Below, piece by piece: positions 25,445 to 39,202 of a DNA stretch of 64,000 nt. A model generated the notes under the pieces. The model was not told the DNA's origin and made no database searches. It saw only the letters and a list, made by a program, of their open reading frames with translations. Every line of letters begins with the position of its first letter. Positions within the stretch are counted from its first letter, which is position 1. The position numbers were made by a program, and so were the translations under genes. Source of the stretch: Octopus vulgaris (Eukaryota); assembly GCA_951406725.2 (NCBI GenBank), contig OX597822.1:113646001-113710000 (forward strand). Reading direction: 5' to 3'.

Positions 25445-26990
25445 TTTGGCACAAGGCCAGCAATTTCAGAGGAGGCGTGAGTCGATTATAATCAACCCCT
25501 GTACTCAACTGGTACTTATTTTATCAATCCCGAAAAGATGAAAGGCAAAGTCGACCTCGGGGGAATTTGGGTATTTTTAAAATATTGACAATGATTTAAT
25601 AACGGCAGCATTCAAAAATTATACGTTTTATGTATGCATCTATATGTAAGTATAATTATGTGTATATAAGCATGTATGTATGTGCATGCATATTTACATG
25701 CATATACACATACGTACACACATATACGTTTGTGTGTACGTATATGTGCGTATATGTATACTTGTGTATATGCATGTAAATATGCATGCATTTATAGTCA
25801 TAAGAAAATGGTGGATATGTGAGATAGAGATCAAAGAAAGAGTCAAGGAGAGAAGACAGAAAAACACGTGACGAAATGATATGTCTCTACCTCACACCAT
25901 CACTCCTACTTCATTACAATTTTCAGTTACTTTATATATCTTCACACATTCTTGCTTTACCCTAAGGGAACCTGGGATCTGGGATATTATTTTCTTCATT
26001 TGTTCGTACAATATACTGAATGGCATGTGGATCTCCCTGAGAAATTTGGTATAAATCCTATGAGAGGTATGGCGATGCTGCTTCAGGACAGTCAATCACC
26101 AACACTTGAGTGTGTGTGTGTGTTTCTGTATGCATAAATGTATACAGGGCGAGGACCAAAACTCACGATTCTGCGAGCTCGCAGCCTTAATAATAATCTT
26201 TTCTACTGGAAGTGCAAGGCCTCAAATTTAGGAGCGGGGATTAAGTCGATTACATCGATCCCAGAGCGTAACTGGTATTTATTTAATCAACCCCGAAAGG
26301 ATGAAAGGCAAAGTCGACCTCAGTAGAATTTGAACCGAAACACGGCTAAGCTCGCAGCCTTAAATAATAATAATAATGATAATAATTATAATAATAATAA
26401 TAATAATGATGATGATGATTCTTTTTACTATTGGTACAAGGCCTCAAATTTGTGGGGAGGGGACTAATCGATTACATCGAACCCAGTGTTTCACTAGTAT
26501 TTAATTTATCGACCCCGAAAGGATGAAAGGGAAAGTTGAGATCGGCGGAACAAAAGCAGCAGCAGCAACAACAACAACAACAACAACAATAATAATAATA
26601 ATAATGATAATAATAATAATAATAATAATGATAATAATAATAATAATAATAATGATAATAATAATAATAGTAATAATAATCTTTTTTACTGAAAGCACAA
26701 GGTCTCAAATTTAGGGGAAGGGATTAAGTTGATTAAATGGACCCACAATGCGTAACTGGTACTTATTTAATCGAGCCCGAAAGGATGAAAGTCGAAGTCG
26801 AAATTTGCACTCAGAACGTGAAGACGGACAAAATACCGCAAAGCATTTTGTCCGGTATGCTAACGATTCTGTCAGCTCACCACCTTCAATAATACTAATA
26901 TTATTCCTTTCTACTATGGGCACAAGGTCTAAACTTTGCAGAGAGGAAAGTAGTCGATTACATGACCTAGTGTTTCATTGGTACATACGA
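25445..26990 (-). mobile_element. Cluster of SINE family C copies and fragments separated by (TAA)n
   Basis: cccgaaaggatgaaaggcaaagtcgacctc core at ~25530, 26292, 26515 and 26777. Confidence 0.75.
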
Positions 26991-27092
26991 AAGTATGAAA
27001 GACAAAGTCGACTTGTCACGAAAAAGGCATGTCATTTAGGAAATTATTTTCAAGAGTAGACGTTGAGATGAAACTGATAAAAAAAAATTATA

Positions 27093-27250
27093 GGCATGGG
27101 CTGGCTGTGTGGATGAGAGACTTGCCCCCCATTTTGTCTTGGGATAAATCCCATTGTGCGACGCCTTGGGCAAGTGACTTCTACAATAGCTCCTGGCCGA
27201 CCAAAGCCTTGTGAGTGGATTTGGTAGACGGAAACTGAAAGAAGCCCGTC

Positions 27251-27252
<2 letters not shown>
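27093..27252 (+). mobile_element. SINE family B, 5' half
   Basis: Matches 1245-1402. Confidence 0.8.
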
Positions 27253-27322
<70 letters not shown>

Positions 27323-27462
27323 TAAGAAAATGGAGGGGATCAATAGGTGGTATTCATCAACTTTTAGACATTATATTATGTCAATTTATTTATTTACTAA
27401 AAGGACAATTATAACACTATACATACATGTATAACATGATGCTTTACATATATAATATATAA

Positions 27463-27692
27463 AGGCGGCGAGCTGGCAGAGATGTTAGCACGCCGGATGA
27501 AATGCTTAGCGGTATTTCGTCTGCCGTTACGTTCTGAGTTCAAATTACGCTGAGGTTGACTTTGCCTTTCATCCTTTCGGGGTCGTTAAATTAAGTACCA
27601 GTTCCGCACTGGGGTCGATGTAATCGACTTAATACCTATGTCTGTCCTTGTTTGTCCCCTCTGTGTTTAGCCCTTTGTGGGTAATAAAGAAA
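27463..27692 (+). mobile_element. SINE family C, full length
   Basis: ggcggcgagctggcagag...gtaataaagaaa. Confidence 0.85.
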
Positions 27693-27769
27693 TATATATA
27701 ATATATAAAATATAAAAATATCAGTAATTATTAAAATATATAACATAGAGCAATATAAATTGGGACAAT

Positions 27770-27893
27770 ATCTTACAGTTGTTTCAGCCTAGAGGCAAAA
27801 ATACCTCATTCTACTTTTATCGCTCCAGTAGACTGAAGTAATTAGTAGATAAAATTGAGGTACTTGGGTGTTTCTCTAAGCTTCGTTAAAGAT
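27770..27893 (-). ncRNA. Decayed hammerhead with a ~95-nt extended stem II
   Basis: Minus strand: atct-TTAACGA-agcttagag..tacctca..ttttatc/gataaaa..tgaggta..ctctaggct-GAAA-caactg-TA-agat. Confidence 0.5.
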
Positions 27894-28504
27894 TTTAGAA
27901 AGTTCATATGGTTAAGTTATAAATATAAATACAACCCCTGCAGCAATAACATGAGCAGGGACGAAATTCCAGAGGCTAAGAGTGATATAAGGCGGCGTCA
28001 GCACGTCAGGAGAAATGCTTTGCGGCAATTCGTCCGTGTTTACGTTCTGAGTTCAAATTCCTCCGAGGTTCGACTTTGTCACTCACCCTTTCGGGATCGA
28101 TAAAATAAGCACCAGTTACGCACTGGGCTCAATATAATCGACTTTCTCCCTCCCCAAAAAATTTCAGGACTTGTACCTATAGTAGAAAGGATTATAAGAG
28201 CGACATAACAATATCGAGGAATACATATTCCTGCGGGTCAGAGGCCGGATTGTATATATTAGTGATTTAAAACCAATCAAGTGGCTTCTCTCTGCATACA
28301 TTCCAGGATTTCTGTGTCTGCAGTAGCTACGTTGTCCTACATATCGGAGTAGTACTATGCTGTTGTCCCTCGCTTGTAAAGTGTCAGCAAATGCTGGAGG
28401 CCGAAATATTATCTAGCATCAAAAAGTAGAGCCAGTCCTTGAGATGTAGTTCTAGTTATTTCAAGAATGTTTTTTTCTTTCACCAGGAGAGATCTTCTCT
28501 CATT

Positions 28505-28657
28505 TACGACGGGCTTCTTTCAGTTTCCGTCTGCCAGATCCACTCACAACGCGTTGGTCGACCCGAGGCTAAAGTAGAAGACACTTGCCCAATGTGCCAC
28601 GCAGCGGAACTGAACCCGGGACCATGTGGTAGCGAAGCAAGGTTCCTACCACGCCTG
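28505..28657 (-). mobile_element. SINE family B, 5' half
   Basis: Reverse complement of the family B head. Confidence 0.75.
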
Positions 28658-29062
28658 CGGAGTTTCTTGCTGTTGAGACAAGATTGGAATGTACCTTCGA
28701 GATCTCCTTTCATTAAATCAATTCGGATTTGGCCTGTGGTGTCTAGATAGCGTGTTGATGAGGAATGGCTGTAGAAGGTCAGAGAGGAATTAAGGGTCGC
28801 TTCACCTCTTGTCTGTGTCAATGTAAAAGGCAGCAAGCTGCAAGAATTGTTAGAGCGCCAGAAAAAAAGTCTTGCGTTTATTTCTTCTGGGTTTTTACAT
28901 TCGGAGTTCAAATCACAGGTTAACTTTGCCTAACACCTCTCTGAGATCGATAAAAAAGATGTACCTGTCAAATACTGGGGTAAACAGTATCGAGTAAACC
29001 TCTTCCCTCAAAAGTGTTGGCTTTGTGCTTAAGTTGTGTCTGAATGCAAATATACATGAAAA

Positions 29063-29372
29063 TATGTATGTATGTATGTATGTATGTGTGTATGTATGTA
29101 TGTATGTATGTATGTATGTATGTATGTATGTATGTATGTATGTATGTATGTATGTATGTATGTATGGCTAGATGAATGGATGGATGGTTGCATGCATACA
29201 TGTATGTATGTATGCATGTATGTATGTATGCATGTATGTATGTACTTACGTATGTACGTAGGTATGTATGTATGTATGTATGGATGGATGGATGGATGGA
29301 TGGATGGATGGATGTTTGCATGCATACATGTATGTATGCATGTATGTATGCATGTATGTATGCATGTATGTG
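29063..29372. repeat. (TATG)/(GATG)n microsatellite
   Basis: Directly visible. Confidence 0.95.
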
Positions 29373-30630
29373 TGTATTATATATATATATGCATGTATTT
29401 ATGTGTCATTAGCGAGAACTTGTATCAGATATGAAAACCACAGGAACATGTATATTTAATATCAAACGCGAAACTGCGGCTATTTAAGTTGCATCAGCTT
29501 CACAACGTGAAACTGTATTCTCGTTGAGCTTTTTGAAAAAAAATTTCCATCTAAACAGGAATATTGACTAAATTACACAGCAAAAGATATAATATTCCTT
29601 ATTTTGTAATATTATAACTTCTTCTCGTAATAACATTTTGCAAAGGTAAAGACTATTTTTTACGTATAGCTTTTGGTTTTACTGTTTGTTTGTTTTTTCA
29701 GAATGTGATATCATTTTACTTCTAAAATTTCCTTTTCGCATGATATTCATCTTACTAAACACGTTGAAATTTTATGCTTTAAGCTTTAATCTTTACTGCC
29801 CTGCATCTGCATTTATATACACAAAGAAGCCAAAAAGAGGTTTGTGGGTGGGATCTTCCTCAAATTTTTTATATCAATTAAAACGACTTTTTTGTTGTTG
29901 CTGTTGTTGTTGTTTTAAAATTTTGTTTTTTCCAACGGTCGCTTAAGATCAAGACCAGGAACTTAAAATAACCGATTTGAATATTGAGTGCTTATCAGAC
30001 TAAGGACTGGCTGAAAATATTGTTTGTAGAGAAACGTTCTAACCAAAAGCTTCAGTATTTTAAAGTATTTTCTGGGGTTTTTATTTCTTTTGCTGACTTT
30101 TTAAAACTTTTTTTGTCTGAAACAACTCATTTATTTTTCTGCTTTGATTTTTTTTTTTTAAACCCTCAAAACAACACTAATATCCAAAAGGGATTTTTTA
30201 TATATATATCAGGTGTAACTCACTTATGAAACAATCAACGTAATTTTCAACATAATTTTCTGATGGAAACCCGTTTCTAGATTGCATCAAACAGCAAAGA
30301 GCTTTCTACGAAGGTTAAACATGCTAGAAATAGCAGATGAAACACCTTCAAATTACACCCTTTTCCATCTTAGAAAAGGAAGACCATATTGGATAACATG
30401 ATCTTAGATACAATATGATACGCGTAAATGACTTTAATCATTAAGGCTGAGGTGATACTAAACAACATTTCCAGGTAATCGTACGTCTATACATCACGCC
30501 AATTTGTTCACCAATTACAATACCGGTCTTTGATAATTAAGGCCGGTCCAACCTGGTGATGTATCAAATACTACATCTTAACACCGACTTATTCGAGGTA
30601 TTTTGCCCTAAAGGGACCAAACTTTAGTTA

Positions 30631-31913
30631 TTAGATTGTCAAGAAAGTTCTTGCAGAATTTTTAATTTTGGTTTTAAATTATGTATTTTCAAATTAATTT
30701 TCGTTAAATTACTTTCACTTTATATATCATTTTTAAGCCCGTTTTTTCGCTCTATCTAATCGTATTACTCTTTTCCTTTTTGAATAATGAGGCCATTTTT
30801 TCCGGAACGTTGAATACAACATGGACGAAAAGCAAATTTGCACAATTTTCTTATTCCAGTTCAAGCTAGGCCGAAAAGCTGCTGAAACAGCTCGCGATAT
30901 CAACGATGCGTTTGGCCCAGGAACTACTAATGAACGTACAGCACAATGGTGGTTCAAGAAATTTCGTAGCGGTGACGAGGGTCTTGAAGATGATAAGCGT
31001 AGTGGTCGGCCATCGGATGTTGACAACGATCAACTAAGAGCCTTAGTCGAAGCCAATCCACGCACAACGGTTCGAGAGCTTGCTTCTGAATTAGACGTAA
31101 CGTATACGACAATTTCCAACCACTTAAAGGAGATTGGAAAAACAAAAATACTTGAGAAATGGGTGCCTCACGAATTGAACGACAAAAAAAAACGCCGTTT
31201 TGAAGTGTCGTCTTCCCTTCTTTTACACAACAAAAGTGGCCCGTTTCTCGACCGGATTGTGACTTGCAATGAAAAGTAGATTCTTTACGACAACCGGTGA
31301 CGCTCAGCTCAGTGGTTGGACACCGACAAAGCTCCACGACACTTCCCGAAGCCAAAGTTGCACCAAAAGAAGGTCATGGTGACTTTTTCTTGGTCTGCAG
31401 CCGGTCTCATCCATCACAGCTTTTTGGATCTAGGCGAAACCATTATGGCGGAGAAGTACTGTCAGCAAATGGAGGAAATGCATAAGAAACTCTGACAACA
31501 ACAGTCAGCATTGGTCAATAGAAAAGGACCAATTTTTCTCCACGACAACGCTCAGCCACACGTCGCACAACTGACCCTGCAGAAGTTGAACGAATTGGGC
31601 TACGAAACTCTGCCTCATCCGCCATACTCACCAGACCTCTCGCCTACCGACTACCACTTTTTCAAGCATCTCGACAACTTCCTGTCTGAGAAATGCTTCA
31701 AAAAGCAAGACGAGCCAAACACGCCTTCAACGACTTCATCGCCACTAGAACGCAGGATGTTTATGCTACTGGCGTAAATAAACTTGTTTCGCGTTGGCAA
31801 AAGTGTGTTGACTCTGATGGTGTTTATTTCGATTAATAAAGTTTTGTTTGAGCCGAGATATGTGCATCTGAATTTAAAGGTTAAAAACCGCAAGAACTTT
31901 CTTGACAATCTAA
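30631..31913 (+). mobile_element. Full-length (1283 bp) mariner element, Hsmar1-like
   Basis: TIR ttagattgtcaagaaagttcttgc and its reverse complement at the far end; TA on the left, ca on the right. Confidence 0.92.
30821..31836 (+). pseudogene. Mariner D,D34D transposase pseudogene
   Basis: WFKKFRSG, RSGRP, WVPHEL, IVTCNEK*, LHDNAQPH, YSPDLSPTDYHFFKHLDNFL; several stops and frameshifts. Confidence 0.92.
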
Positions 31914-32215
31914 CAGAAGGTTCTAAATTCAAAGAAATCGTCACAATCAGCTTGCTCTGAAATTAGACTATTTATATTTACATTCACATTCACTTTAAAC
32001 ATAATGTGCTCAATCTAACCACGGAGTGATCCAACCTGCAAGAAATAGCAATCAGATTCACTCAACACACACACACACACATATATATAACCGTTTGGAA
32101 ATTTACATTGAAAATGATGCTGTCCTTGATATATAACAAGACGAAATGATCGCAGTTGAAAAGTCTCTCATCAGTGGTTTGCTCAATCTCGTTATAAATG
32201 GGACTAAACAACATA

Positions 32216-32590
32216 TCTCTCTCTATATAAACGGCAGTTTGTCTGTCTGTGTGTCTGTCAGGTTGTACCCTCACCCTGACCACGGCTTTCAAGCGATTCT
32301 GATGAAACTTGACACACACATAGCCCAATGTCATAATTCAAAACTAACGCAGCGAAAATTTTGAAAAGTTCCCCCAGTTCTGAAAAGAATCGATAAATTC
32401 GACATGGGGTCGAGAATCAGAAACACAAACCACGGACTGTCTAGGGGACGCAACTCGACCTTTTTAACTCTAAAAAAAATTTACCATCGTTTTTTTTCCA
32501 TTTTTTTGCTATTTTTTGGCTATAACTCTCTAAAAATGCTTTATAGTTATTTCCCTTACAAACCCGAGCAACGCCGGGCGATACTGCTAG
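32216..32590 (+). mobile_element. Non-autonomous Helitron, subfamily 2
   Basis: A|TC...hairpin...CTAG|T; copy at 52045-52427 (-); 3' end shared with subfamily 1. Confidence 0.85.
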
Positions 32591-33035
32591 TTCTGAATAA
32601 ACGTGTATTTTGTAAGTTTCAAGAATTGATTCACTGAATTTGAACACTTGAAGAAAACACATGAGCGTTTACTTTACCAACTTGAGACTTACAAGTCAGT
32701 GCGAAGCTTATTTAAAAGATTAAGAAAGAGACGTAGAGAGAGTAAGGAGAGAGAAGGAGGCTGATAGAACGTAAAATATCTCTAACAATTTCACTATTAC
32801 GGAAAGCCCTAACTAATTAATAGTCTTTGATCTAATATTTCTAAGATGGTGCCAGATCTTTATCGCGGCAGGCCGTAAATGAAGCAAGTTGCTTAATCAT
32901 TAGCATATGTGGCCAACAGTCGGATCTAAGTTTTCAAAATTACGTCATAGAAGACATTCCAATTTGATGTTATCTCTGCAAACTGTAGTTGCAGTCGTCA
33001 ATTTTATGACACACGAAACCGAATAGTTTTTTGAA

Positions 33036-33066
<31 letters not shown>

Positions 33067-33974
33067 TTCTTGTGAAGGGTTTTTTTTTTTGCTTTAAACA
33101 AGAGAGATGGACATGCAAAGAAAAAGAGAGGAGGGAAAGATATGAATCACAACACTCCGAACAAGGGATCCGTCAGTTTTAAATGTCTATATCGAAATTA
33201 TTTTATTTCAGTAAAAAAAAAACTTGTTTCTACAACAATTAGAGAATTAGGAAATATATGGAAGGGACAACGTTCGACCTATTAGCCTCCTACTGTTTAT
33301 TTATATAGGTAATTGATCTATTTCCGATTCTTCAGTTGTAGAACTGAGAGTATATTTCACAGTCGTCGGAAGCTAGTCCTAAACTACGTGGTACGACCAT
33401 CGTTTGTTTTTTCTTTTAATTCGAAACAATATCGTTTTTCTGCACTGTTACAAAATTACAATAATAATCATAATTCTTTCAACTGCAGACACAAGGCTCG
33501 AAATTGGGAGTGGGGGACTTGTCGTTTACATCAACTCCCAGGGCTCAATTGGTACTTATTTCATCGACCTAGAAAAGATAAAAGACATAGTCGACCGCAG
33601 CGGAAATTGAACCCAGAGTGTAAAAGCCGAAAGAAATGCTGCCAAGCATTTTGCCTGACGCGCTAACAGTTTTGCCAACTCGCTGTCATGAATATTGGAG
33701 ACCGAAAGAGTAAGATCAGGAATACAAGCAGGCGAAATGGGGGTCCTCCGAAAGGTGGCTGGAGAACAGGGAGCCACTACTTGCCGCAGGTCCAGTTGCT
33801 ACTTGCTTGCATAGGGAAGTTACACTTCAGGTACAGCGGTCGTGTGCTTAAAATGTTTGATGAAAGAATCACTAAACAGATTTTACGGGTAACGCCAAAC
33901 GGCAGGCCGACAGGATTTGCAAAATTAAGTCTGTAAACAAATACATATGAATGAATACAAATACGTTGTTAGTG

Positions 33975-34198
33975 ACAGCTTGACCTGCAAGAAATAGTAG
34001 CCAGATCTCCCTCACTTCAAACCTTGTCTTAAAAACTTCTCCATCTCTATGCACATCTTGTCTTAAAAATTGACGGAGACATGGCTGATGCAGTAGTATA
34101 TATACGGCTTTAAATCAGGACAGGATAATCCAAAGCGGAATACTTTTGGTTGTAAGGATACTCAATTGGAACTGATCTGGGCCGAAACAAAAACAACA
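33975..34198 (+). repeat. Unclassified dispersed repeat (ttgacctgc(a/t)agaaatagcagcc...)
   Basis: Related segments at ~30315-30465, ~32030 and ~43165-43305. Confidence 0.5.
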
Positions 34199-34209
34199 TA
34201 ATTTTTTAT

Positions 34210-34610
34210 GCGTAGCTGTGTGATAAGAAGCTAGCTTCTTAACCTCATGATTTTGGGTTCAGTCCCACTCCGTGGCACCTTAGCCAAGTGTTTTCTACTA
34301 CAGCCTCGGGCCAACCAAAGCTTTCTGAGTGGATTTGGTAGATGGAAACTGAAAGAAACCCGTCGCATATGAGGGTGTGTGTGTTGTGTGTGTGTGTGTG
34401 CGTCTTAGCTTCCGTATTTATCCTCACCACCGTTTGACAACCGATGTTGATGTGTTTACGTCCCCGTAACTTAGCGGTTCGGCAAATCAGACCGATAAAA
34501 TAAGTACAAGGTTTAAATAACACGTACTGGGGTCGATGCATTCGACTAAATATTCTTCAAGGCGGTGCCCCAGCTTGGCCGCAGTCTGGTGACTGAGAAC
34601 AAGTGTAAGA
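34210..34610 (+). mobile_element. SINE family B, diverged full length
   Basis: Head, internal (TG)n and tail ggcggtgccccagcttggccgcagtc. Confidence 0.8.
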
Positions 34611-34709
34611 TTTCTAGTTATCAGTCACTGTTTTAACTAATTATCAATAATGTAACCGGTTATTGTTATAACTATTCATATTGATATTTATAGAAGCAAC
34701 AAGTTATAT

Positions 34710-35390
34710 TCTTTTCTACTCTAGGCACAAGACCCGAAATTTTTGGGGGAAGGGGGCCAGTCGACTAGATCGACACCAGTATGCAAATGGTACTTAATTT
34801 ATAGACCTCGAAAGGATGAAAGGCAAAGTCGACCGCGGCGGAATTTGAATTCAGAACATAAAGACAGACGAAATACCTATTTTTTTACTACCCACAAGGG
34901 GCTAAACACAGAGAGGACAAACAAGGACAGACAAACGGATTAAGTCGATTATATCGACCCCAATGCGTAACTGGTACTTATTTAATCGACCCTGAAAGGA
35001 TGAAAGGCAAAGTTGACCTCGGCGGAATTTGAACTCAGAACGTAGCGGCAGACGGAATACCTATTTCTTTACTACCCACAAGGGGCTAAACACAGAGAGG
35101 ACAAACAAGGACAGACAAACGGATTTAGTCGATTATATCGACCTCACTGCGTAACTGGTACTTAATTTATCGACCCCGAAAGGATGAAAGGCAAAGTCGA
35201 CCTCGGCGGAATTTGAACTCAGAACGTAACGGCAGATAAAATACGGCTACGCATTTCGCCCGGCGTGCTAACGATTCTGCCAGCTCGCCGCCTTTAAAAA
35301 GTCGACCTCGGCGGAATTTGAACTCAGAACGTAACGGCAGACGAAATACCGCTAAGCATTTCGCCCGGCGTGCTAACGTTTTTGCCCGAA
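34710..35390 (-). mobile_element. SINE family C tandem multimer
   Basis: Three ~180-bp units joined at g(a/g)aatacctatt (~34870, ~35055), plus a duplicated head. Confidence 0.85.
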
Positions 35391-37223
35391 GTAACAAGTT
35401 ATATTATTAATAATAATTAGTACTGTAACTAGTTATAACTGTGGTACATGAATAGGCACTGAGATAAAAAAAAAAATTTATGAATTTTCTTAAATCTTCT
35501 CTTTTCTCCAACACTCACCCAACAGCACAAAGCTTTAGCAGACAGCATTCTTTCATAGAATATAAATAAATATTGACTCGGAATATGAAAGTAAGCAGAA
35601 CTCCATCATTAAAACACATACATGGTCATCATTTATATAAAACATTTGTAAAAAATCACGGGCAGGTCTGTTTTCACTATTTCACTACCACAAAGAACAA
35701 AGAGGGAGATTTTTGTCTTCGGCAGTTGAGTCAAAAATAACACAAATGGAAATTAGAAATGAAAAGAAAAAAATACGAAAAAAAACGACTCATTCCTTAT
35801 GTTTATGTTGGTATAATCCCCTAGAAATATATATCACGCGTTGCTATTGGCCACAAGGCGAAATCATCAACATCGCATCTCTAAGTAATCCAAATGGAAA
35901 AAGCGAAATTATTTACATATGTGGCGCACGCGAACCACCGCCGCCCACAGCACTTGCAGGGTTGTCACTGTCGCTGTGCTTTCATTACCGACACCACCAA
36001 ATATGCTACCACCACCATCATTACCAAATAAAGTATATTCTTTATGTTTCTTTATATTTTTATCGCCAATTATTCATAGTCGACGTAAAAGGAAGTTTTA
36101 ACGTTTTCAAGAAATAGTATATGATAATTAAAGAGGCATTTGTTTGGTTTTATAAAGTGAACAAGAATTTTGGTAAATGCAACAGTGAAGTTCCTAAAAA
36201 GAAAACAAAATTCTACGAAAATATATAAAAAGGCTGGAAAAATAAAAGGAATCTGAATATAAACAACGTATAAAAGTTAAAAAATACTGAGAAAAAAAAA
36301 CAATATCTCTGTGATAATGAATGGAGCGCGTGGAAAACAGTTTTGGTTGTCGGCTAATGGAATTATATGTTGTGTATGGTGAGATAAGAGATACGAAATG
36401 AAACAATATGATGAGCATAAAAGTGTGCGCAGATGAATTATTATAAAGGCCTGCATCTTACTACATGTCTCAATAACTGTTTCCTGGTTAGACTGCGAGA
36501 ACATTCTATACTTTTTCAGCTGGAAATAGTTAATGTTCGTGCCCACTTTCCCACTCGTTATCTTTTCGTAATGGTTAAAATGAGATCAGTTTCTTGCCTG
36601 TTGATTTACGAGAAGTATTAATGTTGCTTCTAATTCCTCTCAAAATTGAACAAAATTAATTTCTTAAATGCGCGCAGGACATCAAGTTTAGAGAAATAAG
36701 CGAACGACACTGTGTGACTAACACTGTTTTTTTTGAGAGCAACGGATTAGAATCACGAACTCACATACACACTCTTTGTTCATTCTATCACAACTACATC
36801 GGCCTCTCCTCCTCTAAAATAGCAATCTACATGGCCACCCCAACTCGACACATTCATCTCTGCCCTTACACTTTCCCTTCACTTTCACCGTATCTCACTA
36901 AACACCTTACCAAATCATTCTTTCCTCCAGAAGTCCGTCAGGAATACCTTTTTAGATCAGTTATTGACCTACAAGATTTCAAAGTGAGTATATTCACTGG
37001 TCAAGAAATACCTACAAAGGTAATGGGAACTATGCTATCCCCTGGCATAGTTCCTATTATGTTTAGTCAAGAAATTATCTTCTCACTAGTTCCTGTACGT
37101 GCGCGCGCACGCACACATACACACGCACACACACACTCACACACACACACACATTGTTTCATACAATGCTCTACTTTAAAATAAAACGCATGAACCAAAC
37201 AATTTTTCTCCTTTGTTAAATAG

Positions 37224-37428
37224 TTTGTGTTTGTGTTTGTCCCCACTAACATCGCTTGACAACCGATTATGGTGTGTTTACGTCCCCGTAACCTAGCGGT
37301 TCGGCAAAAGACATTGATAGAATAAGTACTAGGCTTACAAAGAATAAGTCCTGGGGTTGACTTGCTCGACTAAAGGCGGTGCTACAGCATGGCCACAGTC
37401 AAATGACTGAAACAAGTAAAAGAGTAAA
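37224..37428 (+). mobile_element. SINE family B, 3' half
   Basis: Matches 1455-1650. Confidence 0.8.
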
Positions 37429-38425
37429 GGGTAAATAGTTGGACATTCAATTATGTCAGCAAAAAATATCTTTTAATAAAAATTTACGGTGGAAAAACTG
37501 TCTAATTGTCAATACTTTCTCGACTATAAAGGACATGAACCTAACATTCCTTATTAAATACAAAAGCTTCTCTTTCATATCAGTTATAACTGGGTTTTGC
37601 CAGATACTCAAAACCACTAATCCAGTATCTTCTGAGCTTTACAGTAGCACACGCTCAAGGCTCTGAAATATCTCATTACGCCTTTGTTTCTGTCTGCTTG
37701 AGTTTTTATGGCCGAGGTTTTATTTTTTCAAATATTTAGTTGCTAACGTTTTGTCCTTTAGTATTGTTGGTAATAGCTGTACAGTAGACGACCAGAGTAA
37801 TGCCTTATTATATATTTTCTATGTTCTGAACTTGAATCTCTCAGGGATTCATACGATATTTACCAGTGAAAACAAATGAATAATTGCTAAAACAGTTAAA
37901 CCAAATGAGTAAATGAAATATTGAGGACAGTGGGTTGATAAAACGATAAAGTGTCGATTAAATTGCCCCACAATGTATTGGTAACTGGGACATCAATATT
38001 TTCATTGCTGTGACGAGCATCACAGAGGAACAGATGCAACGCGTCGAGGAATCGGGATCCTTGATTGAAGTCTTTGGAAACGTTATGATTTTCCATGTCG
38101 CCACTCCCATTTGAAAAGAAAAGGTCTTTGGGTCAAGCCAATATTTATTTTACTGATTTGAGTCCGATATTTTAATCATTTATTTCAAATACATCAATCA
38201 AGGTGTTCGTAAAATAGCTCAGCGGAGAAATTTTATTCCACAAGCAAACGCAATATTAAAAATAAAAATCCAGATTTTATTTTATTTTATTATTTATTTT
38301 TGTAGGTATCATCTTAAGCTAAATACTTTCACTTCATAACCTTGGGATTTCGGGTTCGATTATTCAACCTTCCATCAACCTATGAGCGAACCTTGATCGT
38401 CAACTGTTCGCTGAGGATGTGTGTG

Positions 38426-38491
<66 letters not shown>

Positions 38492-38559
38492 ATTTCAGAT
38501 GTATATATTTTCTGTTCCATAAAAGCATTAACCCTAAAAGTGGATGCTTTGTGCCGAAA

Positions 38560-38745
38560 TTTAAAATTACTATTTTCGTCTGGCTCAGGTTCGGTCTTAT
38601 CCCTGGATGGGTTTATGCGGGTAGCGGGTTATTACTAATAACCTTAGGTATCCACAAATTTTCAGCAGTCTTTCAATTGCTAAGAACCCTTCTGATAATC
38701 CTTGCTGTCCCTAAGAAACAAACTTTCTGTAAGAGCTCTACCGAG
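38560..38745 (-). mobile_element. R4/Dong-clade LINE 3' fragment
   Basis: Minus strand VELLQKVCFLGTARIIRRVLSN* resembles the LQK..LLGTA.ILR.VL C-terminus; abuts (CAT/CAC)n. Confidence 0.65.
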
Positions 38746-38796
38746 CATATCATCATCATCATCATCATCACCACCACCATCATCATCACCACCACC

Positions 38797-38842
<46 letters not shown>

Positions 38843-39171
38843 ACATCAAGGCGACAAGCTGGCGAATCGTCACCGCGCCGGACAAAATGTTTAGTGGCAT
38901 CTTTCTGTTTTTACGTTCTGAGTTCAAAAGCCGCCGAGGCCAACTTCGCTTTTGATCATTTCGGGGTTGATAAAATAAATATCAGTCCAGTGCTAGTGGG
39001 GCGATACAAGCGGCTAACGCCTTGTGCTTATAGCAGAAAGAATTATCATCATCATCATTGTTTACTGCAGACAAAGTAGACGTTATTTTCAACTCGCTTT
39101 CCGAAACGAAAGATTTCGGTAAATGCAATAGAGTTTTTACAAAAAATATTGTCATATAGATAACAGCCTAA

Positions 39172-39202
39172 ACTTACCTGGCACAGGGGTAAACCATGAT
39201 CA
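39172..39202 (+). pseudogene. U1: 3'-truncated U1 snRNA retrocopy with 9-bp TSD
   Basis: acttacctggcacaggggtaaaccatgatca matches the U1 5' end (ACTTACCTGGC...ACCATGATCA); TSD cagcctaaa at 39164-39172 and 39201-39209. Confidence 0.75.

Noticed and set aside
37896-38096. 66-aa non-repetitive ORF
   Set aside because: No recognisable motif or supported splice structure.
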